A DNA stretch of 64,000 nucleotides, taken from assembly GCA_902764705.1 (NCBI GenBank), contig CACWWZ010000001.1, positions 48,859 to 112,858 on the forward strand, in the 5' to 3' direction. The translations under genes were made by a program, and so were the position numbers. The stretch is from an uncultured Prevotellaceae bacterium (lineage in GTDB: Bacteria; Bacteroidota; Bacteroidia; Bacteroidales; Bacteroidaceae). Under the pieces are notes generated by a model that did not search any database, had not been told where the DNA came from, and worked only from the letters and a program-made list of their open reading frames with translations. Shown piece after piece: positions 1 through 10,507 of the stretch (positions are counted from its first letter, which is position 1; every line of letters starts with the position of its first letter).

Positions 1-81
1 TAATATATATACGACAAACAGGATGAAAGCCAACAGGCTTGCATATAGAACGGCTCTGGAAACGATACTTTTCTTATTCAT
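1..81 (-). CDS. 5' end of a gene running off the left edge; hydrophobic N-terminus (signal or membrane anchor)
   Basis: ATG at 81, open to position 1: MNKKSIVSRAVLYASLLAFILFVVYIL; not in the ORF track. Confidence 0.55.
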   Translation of the reverse strand, partial: MNKKSIVSRAVLYASLLAFILFVVYIL

Positions 82-92
82 TATTGTGATAA

Positions 93-122
93 AGGGCTGA
101 CTCAATCAAATGAGTCAGCCCT
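93..122 (-). terminator. Stem-loop after the PUL lipoprotein gene (terminator or mRNA-stabilising hairpin)
   Basis: AGGGCTGACTCA-6nt-TGAGTCAGCCCT, perfect 12-bp inverted repeat. Confidence 0.7.
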
Positions 123-146
123 AAATAATTATCCTATAAGGAATGA

Positions 147-905
147 TTAATACTCATAGTAACAAGCCTTAATCTTAATCTTACCACGTGTCATCAAGAT
201 GTCAAGATCTTTGGCTTCACCACCTTTTGCACAAGCCTTAGCCATATCTTCGGTAATATCCACTTCCCAATAGGGTGAGGTAGGAACAACATTGTCTGCA
301 AAGGTTGGACTCCACCAACCGGTCATGAGACGACAAGTTAAACCATAATCATCACCCCAAATGAACTTACCTTCTTCAGTCTCTGTAACCTCAAAGACGA
401 GGGTCTTGTGACCGAAATAAGTGTCGTCATCCAAATAGGGGAAATACTTACCTTCATTATCGCTGAAACGTCCAGGTGCTCCATCGCCATTAGCTTCAAG
501 CCAGAATTCTGGTTGGGCTACAGGATCCTCGCCATAGAAGTATTTTTTCTTGATGGGGTCGGTTTCTACCTGACAGGTAATAGGGTACTCAGCTGTCACT
601 TCAGTACCATCGGCGCAAAGACCTGTAAGGATAATGGTGTAATCACCTAAACGCATCTTCTTTTTAGCATAGTTACCAACCAAATCTTTACCAGCAACAG
701 TCCACTTTGCGTTTACAGGAGCAGAAGTCGTGCAGGTAAGAACATTACCATTCTTGCCAGTAGCAGGATCCTTATCAAGAGTGACTGTAGACATAGCCTT
801 TAGCTCATCAGCAGTAATGTGCCCGCCATTGCTGATATCCTCATGAGTAGGATCGCAAGCTACAATGGCACATACTGTGGCAAAAAACAAAAATATCTTT
901 TTCAT
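147..905 (-). CDS. PUL surface lipoprotein (SusE/F-position glycan-binding candidate)
   Basis: Lipoprotein signal IVAC-DP; directly downstream of susD; Trp-rich C-terminal domain. Confidence 0.7.
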   Translation of the reverse strand: MKKIFLFFATVCAIVACDPTHEDISNGGHITADELKAMSTVTLDKDPATGKNGNVLTCTTSAPVNAKWTVAGKDLVGNYAKKKMRLGDYTIILTGLCADGTEVTAEYPITCQVETDPIKKKYFYGEDPVAQPEFWLEANGDGAPGRFSDNEGKYFPYLDDDTYFGHKTLVFEVTETEEGKFIWGDDYGLTCRLMTGWWSPTFADNVVPTSPYWEVDITEDMAKACAKGGEAKDLDILMTRGKIKIKACYYEY

Positions 906-925
906 ATTAAAATCTAAATATTTGA

Positions 926-2839
926 TTAATTATAGAGATCAACATACTGTGTCTCTGGGTTAGCAGCGTCCCAACCCGGGTTCTGCTTAAGTTTACCATT
1001 CATAAGATTGATCTGGTTCTGAGGCTTAGCCAAGAAACCATTGGTCTCAGCATAACGCTTCTTCCAAGAGCACGTCATGTGCTTCATAGTAACCTTGTCG
1101 GAAGTATTACCCTTAACAACAACCTTCTTGCCAGCCTGTGCCTCAAGAGCCTGAGCAGCGTAGCAAGACTCACCGGCATCCTTACCTGACCAACGACGCA
1201 TGTCATTGAAACGGATACCCTCAAATGCGAACTCCCAACGACGCTCGTCCTGAACGGCCTTCAAAGAGTAAGGAGTCTGAGGAACTTTAGCACGAGCCTG
1301 AACCTGGTTCATGAAAGAAGCATCACCAGTGAGCTCGGTTAACATCAGAAGAACGTCAGCATAACGCATCAGGTAGAAGTCCTCGAAGTGCTCACCCTGC
1401 ATGGGGTTGTCAAGAGTGCCTTTGAAATCAGGATTAACAGCATGCCACCAAGGTGTGTCACCAGTCAGCGCATCAAGAGTTACACCGTTCCACTTCTTTA
1501 CACCATAACCAGACTCCTCACAGTCATCCTTTACAAAAGTGTAACCTTTTAAGCCATGTTCACTGCTGAACTCATGCTCGCAGTCAATCAGAGAACCAAG
1601 CTTGCGGATATCGGTATAACCACCTTTTTCCTCAGCAGCAGTCCAGTCGTCCCAGATATTGCATGAAGGAGAACCCTGGCCCCATCCCTGAGTGAACGGA
1701 TAGGTGTAATCACGGTTACCATTGTTGCCGTTTACACGGAGAGCCCACCAGCAAGAAAGATAGTTGCAATACATACGTGAGGTAGAATAGGTACCACCAT
1801 TTTCAATTGTGCCATTAATACCCCAACGAGAAGCATTCATGAACTGAATCTGGAAGAGTTCCTCATCGTTTCCGTTACCCATGCCAGGCTGGTCGAAGCA
1901 GTTCTCACGCTTCATATCTTTGATAAATTCATAAGCATGCTTTTCGCCATCTTGTGCCTCATCCCAAAGCAAGCTGTTAGAGTACTGCCAGAGTGAGCGG
2001 TAGTCTTCAAGAAGCTTGTAAGCGCCAGAAGCAACAATGTCCTTAAGACCGTTAGCTACATCAGCCTGAGAAAGAGTACCTCCAGGGCATCCCTCTTGCT
2101 CAACGAGGTCAATGGCAGGAGCAGAACCGGAAGCCAATTCAGAAACCTTCTTGTAGAAACCTGCCCAGAACATATATGCACGAGCCATAAATGCCTCAGC
2201 AACGTACTTGTTTGCGTGACCAGAGTTCTTTTCAGTGCCCATGAGCGTTTTAGCAGATACCAAGTCAGAGAGAATCTGAGGATAGATCACCGTTTCAGCG
2301 TCAACCTCTGCCTTCATATCCTCGGTAATCGTGGTAGAAGTAATCAGAGGAACATCACCAAACAACTGTGTGAGCCAGAGCGTGTAGAGCGCGCGCATGA
2401 AGTAACCCTCACCAAGAAGCTGGTTGCGCTTAGCCTCATGACCCGTCCAATCAATGTTGTCGATGGTCTCAATCTGGTTGTTAGCACGGTTAATACCACC
2501 ATAAAGAAGGATAAATGCCTGCTGGTATTGGTCAGAGCTCATCTCAACGAGATGATGCATAGCCTTCACCTTGTTGTCCTGCAAACCACCTGAGCCATAG
2601 CAGTTGTCCGACATGACTTCCCACCAGTAGAAAGGATTCTGTGTGTCAGCATCACCACCACCCATGGTATTCATGATACTATAGGTTGCCGTATTCAATG
2701 CCTCTACATCTCCAATCTTACCCGGGAAAGTGGCTTGAGTGGCATCGGTAACACGTGGATCGGTGTCCAACATGTCATCGCAGGATGTAAATATTGTTGC
2801 TGCTGATAAGACAGCTAACGATAAAATATATTTTTTCAT
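926..2839 (-). CDS. susD: SusD/RagB family nutrient-binding lipoprotein
   Basis: Lipobox FTSC-DD; GEGYFMRALY, MRYADVLLM and ERRWEFAFEGIRFNDMRRW motifs; follows susC. Confidence 0.95.
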   Translation of the reverse strand: MKKYILSLAVLSAATIFTSCDDMLDTDPRVTDATQATFPGKIGDVEALNTATYSIMNTMGGGDADTQNPFYWWEVMSDNCYGSGGLQDNKVKAMHHLVEMSSDQYQQAFILLYGGINRANNQIETIDNIDWTGHEAKRNQLLGEGYFMRALYTLWLTQLFGDVPLITSTTITEDMKAEVDAETVIYPQILSDLVSAKTLMGTEKNSGHANKYVAEAFMARAYMFWAGFYKKVSELASGSAPAIDLVEQEGCPGGTLSQADVANGLKDIVASGAYKLLEDYRSLWQYSNSLLWDEAQDGEKHAYEFIKDMKRENCFDQPGMGNGNDEELFQIQFMNASRWGINGTIENGGTYSTSRMYCNYLSCWWALRVNGNNGNRDYTYPFTQGWGQGSPSCNIWDDWTAAEEKGGYTDIRKLGSLIDCEHEFSSEHGLKGYTFVKDDCEESGYGVKKWNGVTLDALTGDTPWWHAVNPDFKGTLDNPMQGEHFEDFYLMRYADVLLMLTELTGDASFMNQVQARAKVPQTPYSLKAVQDERRWEFAFEGIRFNDMRRWSGKDAGESCYAAQALEAQAGKKVVVKGNTSDKVTMKHMTCSWKKRYAETNGFLAKPQNQINLMNGKLKQNPGWDAANPETQYVDLYN

Positions 2840-2854
2840 AATGAATTTGTCGAA

Positions 2855-5800
2855 TTAGAATTTAATACTTGCACCAACCAAATAAGTACGAGACGGTGGG
2901 TAGAGACCCAGGTCAATACCAGAAGCCCAGCTGTCACCACCAGCAGCATTACCAACCTCAGGATCGAGACCGGTGTAGCCGGTGAAGGTAACGAGGTTCT
3001 GAGCCTGAACATAGAGACGGAGCTGCTGCAACGGGCAAGACTTCCAAATCTTCTTGAAGTCGTAACCGAGTGTGATAGTCTTAATCTTGAAGTAGTCAGC
3101 ATCCTCCATGTAACGAGTAGATACATAGTTAGTATTAGCGTGACCAGTACCGGAAATACGTGGCACGTCGTTTGAGGTGCCCTCACCATGCCAACGATTC
3201 AGGATAGTAGTGTCGTAGTTATGCCACCATGAATCACTGAATGAACGGTAAGAACGCATAATCTGCATACCAAATGCACCGGCACCGTTTACAGAGAAGT
3301 CAAGTCCCTTCCATGTCAGACCGAGGTTGATACCAAGGGTGACATCGGGGTTAGGATTACCAATCTCATGGCGGTCGCAAATGTCATTACCGTCTGCGTC
3401 TTTAGCTTCTGCATAAGTAATCTTACCATCACCATTCCAGTCGTCCCAGATGCAGTCACCGGGCTGTGCACCATCAAGCACGGCCTTACCAGCTGCGCGT
3501 GCAGCGTCAATCTGCTCCTGATTCTGCCAGATGCCGCTGTATGACATGCCGTAGAAGTAACCGATAGGCTTGCCAACTTGAGCGCGGTAGATATACTCTG
3601 TACCCTGTGAGAGGACGCTGCCACCACCATTGATGTAGCCAGTCTCGTTAGCGATACGGGTTACCTCGTTCTTGTTCGTAGCAAAGTTCACGCTTGCATT
3701 GTAGCTGAAGTCCTTGCCGATACGGTCGTTCCAAGACAATGCAATCTCAATACCGGTGTTCTTTACGTCACCACCATTGATGTAAGCAGGGTTGGTACCC
3801 TCGATAGCAACACGTGGAGCTACGATGAGCCAGTCCTTAGTGGTCTTCTTATACCAGTCGAAGTTTACACCCAGACGATTGTTGAGGAAACGTGCATCGA
3901 GACCAAAGTCAAGCTGCTCAGAAGTCTCCCAAGTAACATCAGGATTAGGAACAATGTTAGCGTAAGCACCAGTGTTTGGAGTACCAGTCAAAGTAACATC
4001 CATACTGTCGCTGAACTTATAGCCGCTATCACCATTAGAACCTGACTGTGCGATGGTAGCCAAATACTGGTACTTAGAGATACGGTTGTTACCGTTCTGA
4101 CCCCAAGATGCACGAATCTTCAAGAAGTCCAACCAGCTGCTGGTGCTCGCCATGAATGACTCATTGCTAACTACCCAGCCAGCAGAGAATGAGGGGAACA
4201 AACCCCAACGCTGTCCCTTGTTGAAGATGCTTGAACCGTCGTAACGGAGGGTTACTGTAGCCATGTATTTCTCATTCCAGTCCCAAGTTACACGACCGAA
4301 CCACGAAGCAAGATACTCTTCATCATTAGGAGATCCACTAAGAGTAGCATTGGCAAGGTCAGTGCTGAAATTTGCCAACCATGCAGAATCCCAATCCTTA
4401 AGCGTAGCATATTGCGAACCATCATTAACAGAGTTAGAACCATTGAGGTTTGCACTCCAAGCAGTGCTCTGGAAGCTCTGACCAACCATGGCGCTAATCT
4501 TATGACCAGCAATAATAGGAAGATCGTAAGTCAGGGTGTTTTCAACTGACCAGTTGGTGCTCAAAGAAGCACTCTGGCTTACACTATATGATTCCACAGT
4601 ACCTGAACCTGCAGAAGGAGAACGTGGCAGTCCAAGGTTGCGGTATGCACCTGAATTCCAATTGTAGTTGAACTGAGAACGGAATCTTAGACCCTTGATG
4701 GGCTGAATCGTAATGAAAGCAGTTGCACTGGTGTTGATGTTGCGGCTCTCTGCTAAAGAGTTCCAGCCACCCTTCGAAAGACCTTCGTATGGGTTGTTGA
4801 ACCAATAGTCGTTCCATCTTTGACCAGTAATAGGATTGCCGGCTTCATCAACCGGGTTTCCATATTTACTGTAAGTATAAAGCTCACCATTATCATCATA
4901 CATAGGTACGAGCGGGTTAGTCTGGAGCAGGCTATGAATATAGCTCCAGTACATGCCATCCTCAGCCAGGTCGTGGCTCTTGCTGTAGCCGATAGAGATG
5001 TTCTCACCGATGGTGATGGCATCGAAATCCTTAGCCTTCAACAGTACGTGATCGCTGTTCATGCGAATGGTGTGGCGCTTGTAGTAAGAAGCCTGATCAG
5101 AACCCATAATACCTTCATTACTGGTATAAGTGTAAGACATGGCGAACTTAGAAAGATCAGAACCGCCAGTCAGGGTTACAGAATGATTCTGCTGCACGGC
5201 ATTTTTGTTCTCGAATGCACTCCACCAGTCAGTGCCTTCCCAACCAGCTTTAACCTTGTCGATAATGTACTGTGGTACATAATCGTTGAAATTAACATTC
5301 TGACCTGAGGTGTTGAAACTATACTCATTCATAATGGTCATGAACTGCGAAGCGTTCAGCAGTTGTGGACGCTTGTAGGCGTTTGACCAACCGATGGCAC
5401 CATTGTAGGTAATCTCAACCTTACCAGCCTTACCCTGCTTGGTAGTAACCAGGATAACACCGTTAGCAGCACGTGAACCATAGATAGCTGCTGATGCAGC
5501 ATCCTTCAGCACGTCAATGCTCTCGATGTCGTTAGGGTTAATACCGTCAAGGCTACCGCCAGCTACACCGTCAATCACATAAAGAGGCTGAGAATCACCG
5601 ATAGTACCGATACCACGGATGTACACCTTGTAACCCTTACCAGGCTGTGTAGATGAACTGGTAATCTGTACACCAGGAGTGCTTGACTGCATGGCTTCCA
5701 GAGCGTTGGTGGTGTTCAGCTTGGCGATTTCGTCACCCTTCACCTGAACAGTAGCACCTGTCACCAACTTTTTCTTCATCGTACCGTAACCGATGACAAC

Positions 5801-6127
5801 CACGTCGTTCAGAGTAGTGTTGTCCTCTGTCAAGGTTACGTTGATGTTACTCTTGCCAGCAACGGGCACCTGCTGGGTCACATAACCCACGTAGGAAATA
5901 ACCAGTGTGGCGTTAGAGGCAGCATTGACGCTGAAATTACCGTTGAAATCGGTAATCGTACCATCATTGCTACCTTGCACTTTGACTGTGGCACCGATAA
6001 CCGGTTCACCAGCCTCGTCGTTCACAGTTCCCTTAACGATGCTCTGAGCACTGGCCATTGACAGCGGGAGCATGCAAAACAGGAACAACAAACCTAAGGT
6101 TTTTTGTAACTTTTTAAAGTTCCACAT
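2855..6127 (-). CDS. susC: SusC/RagA family TonB-dependent transporter
   Basis: Carboxypeptidase-like N-domain (GEPVIGATV), plug motif DIESIDVLKDAASAAIYGSRAANGVILVTTK, C-terminal Phe; ATG at 6127 preferred. Confidence 0.97.
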   Translation of the reverse strand: MWNFKKLQKTLGLLFLFCMLPLSMASAQSIVKGTVNDEAGEPVIGATVKVQGSNDGTITDFNGNFSVNAASNATLVISYVGYVTQQVPVAGKSNINVTLTEDNTTLNDVVVIGYGTMKKKLVTGATVQVKGDEIAKLNTTNALEAMQSSTPGVQITSSSTQPGKGYKVYIRGIGTIGDSQPLYVIDGVAGGSLDGINPNDIESIDVLKDAASAAIYGSRAANGVILVTTKQGKAGKVEITYNGAIGWSNAYKRPQLLNASQFMTIMNEYSFNTSGQNVNFNDYVPQYIIDKVKAGWEGTDWWSAFENKNAVQQNHSVTLTGGSDLSKFAMSYTYTSNEGIMGSDQASYYKRHTIRMNSDHVLLKAKDFDAITIGENISIGYSKSHDLAEDGMYWSYIHSLLQTNPLVPMYDDNGELYTYSKYGNPVDEAGNPITGQRWNDYWFNNPYEGLSKGGWNSLAESRNINTSATAFITIQPIKGLRFRSQFNYNWNSGAYRNLGLPRSPSAGSGTVESYSVSQSASLSTNWSVENTLTYDLPIIAGHKISAMVGQSFQSTAWSANLNGSNSVNDGSQYATLKDWDSAWLANFSTDLANATLSGSPNDEEYLASWFGRVTWDWNEKYMATVTLRYDGSSIFNKGQRWGLFPSFSAGWVVSNESFMASTSSWLDFLKIRASWGQNGNNRISKYQYLATIAQSGSNGDSGYKFSDSMDVTLTGTPNTGAYANIVPNPDVTWETSEQLDFGLDARFLNNRLGVNFDWYKKTTKDWLIVAPRVAIEGTNPAYINGGDVKNTGIEIALSWNDRIGKDFSYNASVNFATNKNEVTRIANETGYINGGGSVLSQGTEYIYRAQVGKPIGYFYGMSYSGIWQNQEQIDAARAAGKAVLDGAQPGDCIWDDWNGDGKITYAEAKDADGNDICDRHEIGNPNPDVTLGINLGLTWKGLDFSVNGAGAFGMQIMRSYRSFSDSWWHNYDTTILNRWHGEGTSNDVPRISGTGHANTNYVSTRYMEDADYFKIKTITLGYDFKKIWKSCPLQQLRLYVQAQNLVTFTGYTGLDPEVGNAAGGDSWASGIDLGLYPPSRTYLVGASIKF

Positions 6128-6401
6128 AAACAAAATTAGTTAATTAGTAAATAGTTATTTATTAAAATAATGTATAGTCGTTGTTGATATTTGTTGTTAC
6201 GCGTTAGTTATTTTTTTATAATTTGGCTGCAAATTTAACTTATTTCATAATATTGCACTTTTTCTGGTGTAACATAAACTTTATTTTTTCGTTCATGTAA
6301 CTCATTGTGTTATACTACGCAAATAAATAATGTTGTTGTGACAAACAGATTTTTAATAATCAGGTAGACCAAACAAAGGATGATTTGAATAATACAAAAT
6401 T

Positions 6402-6444
6402 AAAAAGAAATGAGCCATCAAGCATAGTTGGCTCATTTCTTTTT
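6402..6444. terminator. Bidirectional intrinsic terminator after cydB
   Basis: AAAAAGAAATGAGCCA...TGGCTCATTTCTTTTT, 16-bp inverted repeat. Confidence 0.8.
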
Positions 6445-6451
6445 GTATAGG

Positions 6452-7597
6452 TTAATAGGCGTGGTCGTCTGCAATCTCCAGTTTTTCTATTTTCTTTTTG
6501 TCGATGGTCCACCAAGCGTATACGATGTAGGCCAGGACAAAAGGAATCATAATACTGACGATGGCCATCGTGGAAAGTGTAAATTCGCTTGAACAGCTAT
6601 TGACGATAGTCAGTGACGATTGTAAGTCAGCAGTAGAGGGATAGTAGGCCGTTCCATTCCAACCTGCACAGAGCAGCAGGGCGAGTACAACGAGTACCAC
6701 TCCGATGCCTGCTGGCCAGATTCCCGAGATATAGGTCTTCGAGACTATGGTCTTGCCTATGGCATAGAGTACTAGCACGACGCCAATGAGCAGCAGGATG
6801 AGCAGATACCACATGTCAATGAAGTTCGTCAGATACTTGTAAGGTACGATGGAGATGACGCCAGCCTCGTTGTAAGCGAAGCCGTCCTTCAGTAGCAGGT
6901 GGACGAGGTAGGCCACGAAGAATACGAGGAATGGTACGGTAGCTCCGAGGAGTCGGACGCTGGCACGTGAGCGTATGTCTTCGTCGTTCACATTATTAAT
7001 AATATAGAGTATGCCCAAAACGCGAGCCAGGAACATCACAGCCAGTCCAAATACCAGCACCCAAGGATTGAGTACGGCGTCGAGTCCATGGGAGGCATTG
7101 GCCCATCGTGAGATAATGGGGGTGAAGGACGCGGCATCGATCATGTTGTCCTTCATGACGATGAAGTTACTGCCTTCGAAGAAGGTGGCTACGGCACCGC
7201 CCAGAAGTAACGGACCGAGGAGGCCGTTGATGACTAGACACATCTGAAAAGTCTTCGATCCCAGGAAATTGCCCAGCTTGTTTTGGAACTCATAGCTAAC
7301 GGCTTGCAGGACGAAGGTGAAGAGAATGATCATCCATAGCCAGTAAGCTCCGCCAAACGAGGTGCTATAGAACAGAGGGAAGGATGCGAAGAATGCTCCA
7401 CCGAAGGTGACCAGTGTGGTGAAAGTAAACTCCCACTTGCGGCCCGTGGAGTTGATGACCAGACGACGCCCCTCGTCAGTATACCCCAACGAGCGTACCA
7501 TCGAGTTGGCGCCTTGCACGAACAACAAAAATACTAACAATGCACCCAACAGTGATACTAGGAACCACCAGTAGTGCTGTAAAAAATCGTATGTCAT
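6452..7597 (-). CDS. cydB: Cytochrome bd quinol oxidase subunit II
   Basis: Polytopic membrane protein with GRKWEFTFTTLVTFGGAFFASFPLFY; follows cydA. Confidence 0.95.
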   Translation of the reverse strand: MTYDFLQHYWWFLVSLLGALLVFLLFVQGANSMVRSLGYTDEGRRLVINSTGRKWEFTFTTLVTFGGAFFASFPLFYSTSFGGAYWLWMIILFTFVLQAVSYEFQNKLGNFLGSKTFQMCLVINGLLGPLLLGGAVATFFEGSNFIVMKDNMIDAASFTPIISRWANASHGLDAVLNPWVLVFGLAVMFLARVLGILYIINNVNDEDIRSRASVRLLGATVPFLVFFVAYLVHLLLKDGFAYNEAGVISIVPYKYLTNFIDMWYLLILLLIGVVLVLYAIGKTIVSKTYISGIWPAGIGVVLVVLALLLCAGWNGTAYYPSTADLQSSLTIVNSCSSEFTLSTMAIVSIMIPFVLAYIVYAWWTIDKKKIEKLEIADDHAY

Positions 7598-7624
7598 AGC
7601 TTTACTTTTTACTTTTTTACCGTT

Positions 7625-9271
7625 TTACTTTTCCGTATACTCCGGTCCCTTCTTGATTTGTTTAAGGAGAATGCTGATTTCTACGGCAAGCATGAGAGTG
7701 AAGAGGAATAGGAAGATGAAGAATGTCAGTGCTACGCTAAATCCTTCTACATCGCTGACGGCAACCCATGTGGGCAGCATGTCCTGAATAGTCCAAGGCT
7801 GGCGACCGAACTCAGCGACGAGCCATCCGCTCTCAGAAGCAATATAGGCTAGCGGTACAAGGGCGATAGCCACCCAATAATGCCAAGAGGGGAGGTTTGT
7901 AACCTGGTATTCGTCTGCTGCCGTCTCAGGAATAATCGCTAAAGTGGCTAGCAGACGGCGAGTAAAGATGGATAAGAACGGAATCTTGTATGCCAATATG
8001 ACAATGATAGCGAAGAACAGAATGAAAATGCCCCCCAGTCCTACCATGATGCGGAACGCCCAGAAATTGACAGGAATGGGCGGAACGACGTCGTTCTTGT
8101 CTTTCGCATAGCCATATCCGAAGTAAGGCATGTTTTCCTTGATGATAGAAAGTTGAGCACTGAGAGTGGTCTCGTCGACACCTTCCTTCTTGGCCTTGCG
8201 ATAGGCTGCAAGGGCATTGATGGCCTGCTTGCCGCGTTGGATTTTTTCATCGACGGAAGGCTCGCGGGTTCCGTCGGGCTTGGTATAACCGTTCAGAATG
8301 TCGTTGATGCCAGGTACATAACCATGAATGTCGTTGGTGGCCATGAATGACAGGGCATAAGGCATCTCCAGTTTTAGCGGAGCAGACTCTTCGTGCTGGT
8401 AGTCAGGCTGGCCGATGGGATTAACCCATGCTACAGCCGTCAGGCCGATGTCTGTACCGCCATTATAGAGTGCTTCCATAGCGGCCAGTTTCATGGGCTG
8501 TACCTCAGCGACGGTTTGTGCCGACTTGTGCCCAGTTATGGCAGCTCCGAGGGAAGCAACTAGGCCTACGATGGCACCAATCTTTATACTCTCAACAGCC
8601 AGCTTTGTGTCGCGTTTTTTCATCAAATACCAAGAGGATACTGCCACGACGAAAATGGCTCCGATAATCCATGCCGAGATGACTGTGTGGCAGAACTTGT
8701 CGACGGCAAATGGCGAGAGGGCCACGTCGAGGAACGATACCATTTCGTTGCGCATCGTGTCAGGATTGAACTCACAACCGACAGGATACTGCATCCATGA
8801 GTTGGCCACGAGAATCCACCAGGCAGAGATGGTGGCTCCTAAGCCTGTCAGCCAAGTGGAAGCGAGGTGGAAGCCTGGCGAAACCTTCTTCCAACCGAAG
8901 TACATAATAGCCACGAAGGTAGATTCCATGAAGAAAGCCAAGATACCCTCAACAGCAAGCGGAGCTCCGAAGATGTCACCTACGAACCAGGAATAGTTCG
9001 ACCAGTTGGTGCCAAACTCAAACTCTAGGATGATGCCTGTGGCAATGCCCATGGCGAAATTGATACCGAAGAGCCGTTGCCAAAATTGCGCAGTATCGCG
9101 CCAGAATGTGTTGCGGGTGCGATACCAGCAGGTTTCGCAGATGCCCATGATGACTGCCAGCCCGAGGGTGAGCGGCACGAACAGCCAGTGGTATATGGCT
9201 GTCAGTGCAAATTGTGCTCTTGCCCAATTGATGGAGCCGGCGTCGATGTTCAGAAATAAATCGCTTGTCAT
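7625..9271 (-). CDS. cydA: Cytochrome bd quinol oxidase subunit I
   Basis: RAQFALTAIYHWLFVP, EFEFGTNW, QPMKLAAME and GRQPW motifs; ATG at 9271 preferred. Confidence 0.97.
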   Translation of the reverse strand: MTSDLFLNIDAGSINWARAQFALTAIYHWLFVPLTLGLAVIMGICETCWYRTRNTFWRDTAQFWQRLFGINFAMGIATGIILEFEFGTNWSNYSWFVGDIFGAPLAVEGILAFFMESTFVAIMYFGWKKVSPGFHLASTWLTGLGATISAWWILVANSWMQYPVGCEFNPDTMRNEMVSFLDVALSPFAVDKFCHTVISAWIIGAIFVVAVSSWYLMKKRDTKLAVESIKIGAIVGLVASLGAAITGHKSAQTVAEVQPMKLAAMEALYNGGTDIGLTAVAWVNPIGQPDYQHEESAPLKLEMPYALSFMATNDIHGYVPGINDILNGYTKPDGTREPSVDEKIQRGKQAINALAAYRKAKKEGVDETTLSAQLSIIKENMPYFGYGYAKDKNDVVPPIPVNFWAFRIMVGLGGIFILFFAIIVILAYKIPFLSIFTRRLLATLAIIPETAADEYQVTNLPSWHYWVAIALVPLAYIASESGWLVAEFGRQPWTIQDMLPTWVAVSDVEGFSVALTFFIFLFLFTLMLAVEISILLKQIKKGPEYTEK

Positions 9272-9294
9272 AATATTTAGGTTTAAATAGGTTT

Positions 9295-9516
9295 TCACTT
9301 GGCGCGGTCAATCATCTCCGTGGCGACGAAATCGGATTCCTCGCCCTTCTGGGCGTGTTCCTTCAGGAAGTTTGGAAAGAAGAAAATCTTCAGCACGATG
9401 AAGATGATAAAAAGCTTGATAAGGATGATGGCCCACAACGTGCGTCCCAGCTTCATGGAGCGGAACCCGTCGTAGTAAAGGTCGTAGATTTTATAAAGAA
9501 ATCCGTTTTTGTTCAT
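9295..9516 (-). CDS. DUF4492-like small membrane protein upstream of cydA
   Basis: YYDGFRSMKLGRTLWAIILIKLFIIF; first gene of the cyd operon. Confidence 0.8.
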   Translation of the reverse strand: MNKNGFLYKIYDLYYDGFRSMKLGRTLWAIILIKLFIIFIVLKIFFFPNFLKEHAQKGEESDFVATEMIDRAK

Positions 9517-9637
9517 CCGTTTTAGGCTTTGTGAGCGTTAATAATGATGCAAATATAGTGAATAAATTGAAAACCTACAACATTTTCTTTGTTTTTTCAT
9601 AGAAAAAGACTAAATTTGCAGCCAAATTTATATAATT

Positions 9638-10504
9638 ATGAATAAAAAAGTATTGATTGGCATCATTGTTGTGCTGTTAGCGGTCATGGGATGGCTGGGC
9701 TATAGTCTGATGCAGGAGAAGCAAACCAATCAGGACATGCAGGAGCTGGCTGAGTTGGATAAGCAGGAAATGGAGAAGGAATATCAGAACTTCGCCCTGC
9801 AGTACAGTGAGATGAAAAACTATATCAAGAACGACTCCATCATTGCGGAACTAACTCAGGAACAGGAACGTACGCAGAAACTGCTCGAGGAGTTGAAACG
9901 CACCCATGCCAGTGATGCTGCCGAGATTACCCGACTGAAGAAGGAATTGGCCACTGTGCGTGCCGTTCTGCGTTCGTATGTGATCCAGATTGACTCGCTG
10001 AACCGTCTGAATCAGGACCTGATGACGGAGAATGACCGTGTGCGTTCTGAGTTGGCGCAGAGCAACCAGCAGAATCAGACACTGACTTCGGAGAAAGCCT
10101 CCCTGTCGGAAAAGGTGGCTATTGCCGCCCAACTCGATGCTACCAATATTTCGCTGACCCCGCTGAGCAAGAAGGGCAAGGCCGAAAAGTATATGAAGAA
10201 TGCTAAAACATTGGCAGTTTCGTTTGCCATTACCAAGAACGTCACTGCCAGCAATGGCACTCGTTCGGTATATGTCCGTGTGACGACCCCTGAGGGTGAG
10301 GTGCTCAATGGTGGCGGCACTTTCGAATATAGCGGCAAACAGCTGGCCTGGTCTATGAAGAAAGACGTGGAATATACTGGTGAGGAGACTGCTCTGACCC
10401 TTTATTGGACGGTAAACGAATATCTGGGTGGCGGACAGTATAATGTCAGCATTTTCTGCGACGGACAGGCTATTGGATCAAGAAACTTTACTTATAATAA
10501 ATAA
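9638..10504 (+). CDS. Membrane-anchored coiled-coil protein with C-terminal beta-sandwich, function unknown
   Basis: N-terminal TM helix, long Q/E/L heptad region, beta-rich C-terminus; TAAATTTG promoter at 9611. Confidence 0.8.
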   Translation: MNKKVLIGIIVVLLAVMGWLGYSLMQEKQTNQDMQELAELDKQEMEKEYQNFALQYSEMKNYIKNDSIIAELTQEQERTQKLLEELKRTHASDAAEITRLKKELATVRAVLRSYVIQIDSLNRLNQDLMTENDRVRSELAQSNQQNQTLTSEKASLSEKVAIAAQLDATNISLTPLSKKGKAEKYMKNAKTLAVSFAITKNVTASNGTRSVYVRVTTPEGEVLNGGGTFEYSGKQLAWSMKKDVEYTGEETALTLYWTVNEYLGGGQYNVSIFCDGQAIGSRNFTYNK

Positions 10505-10507
10505 GGA

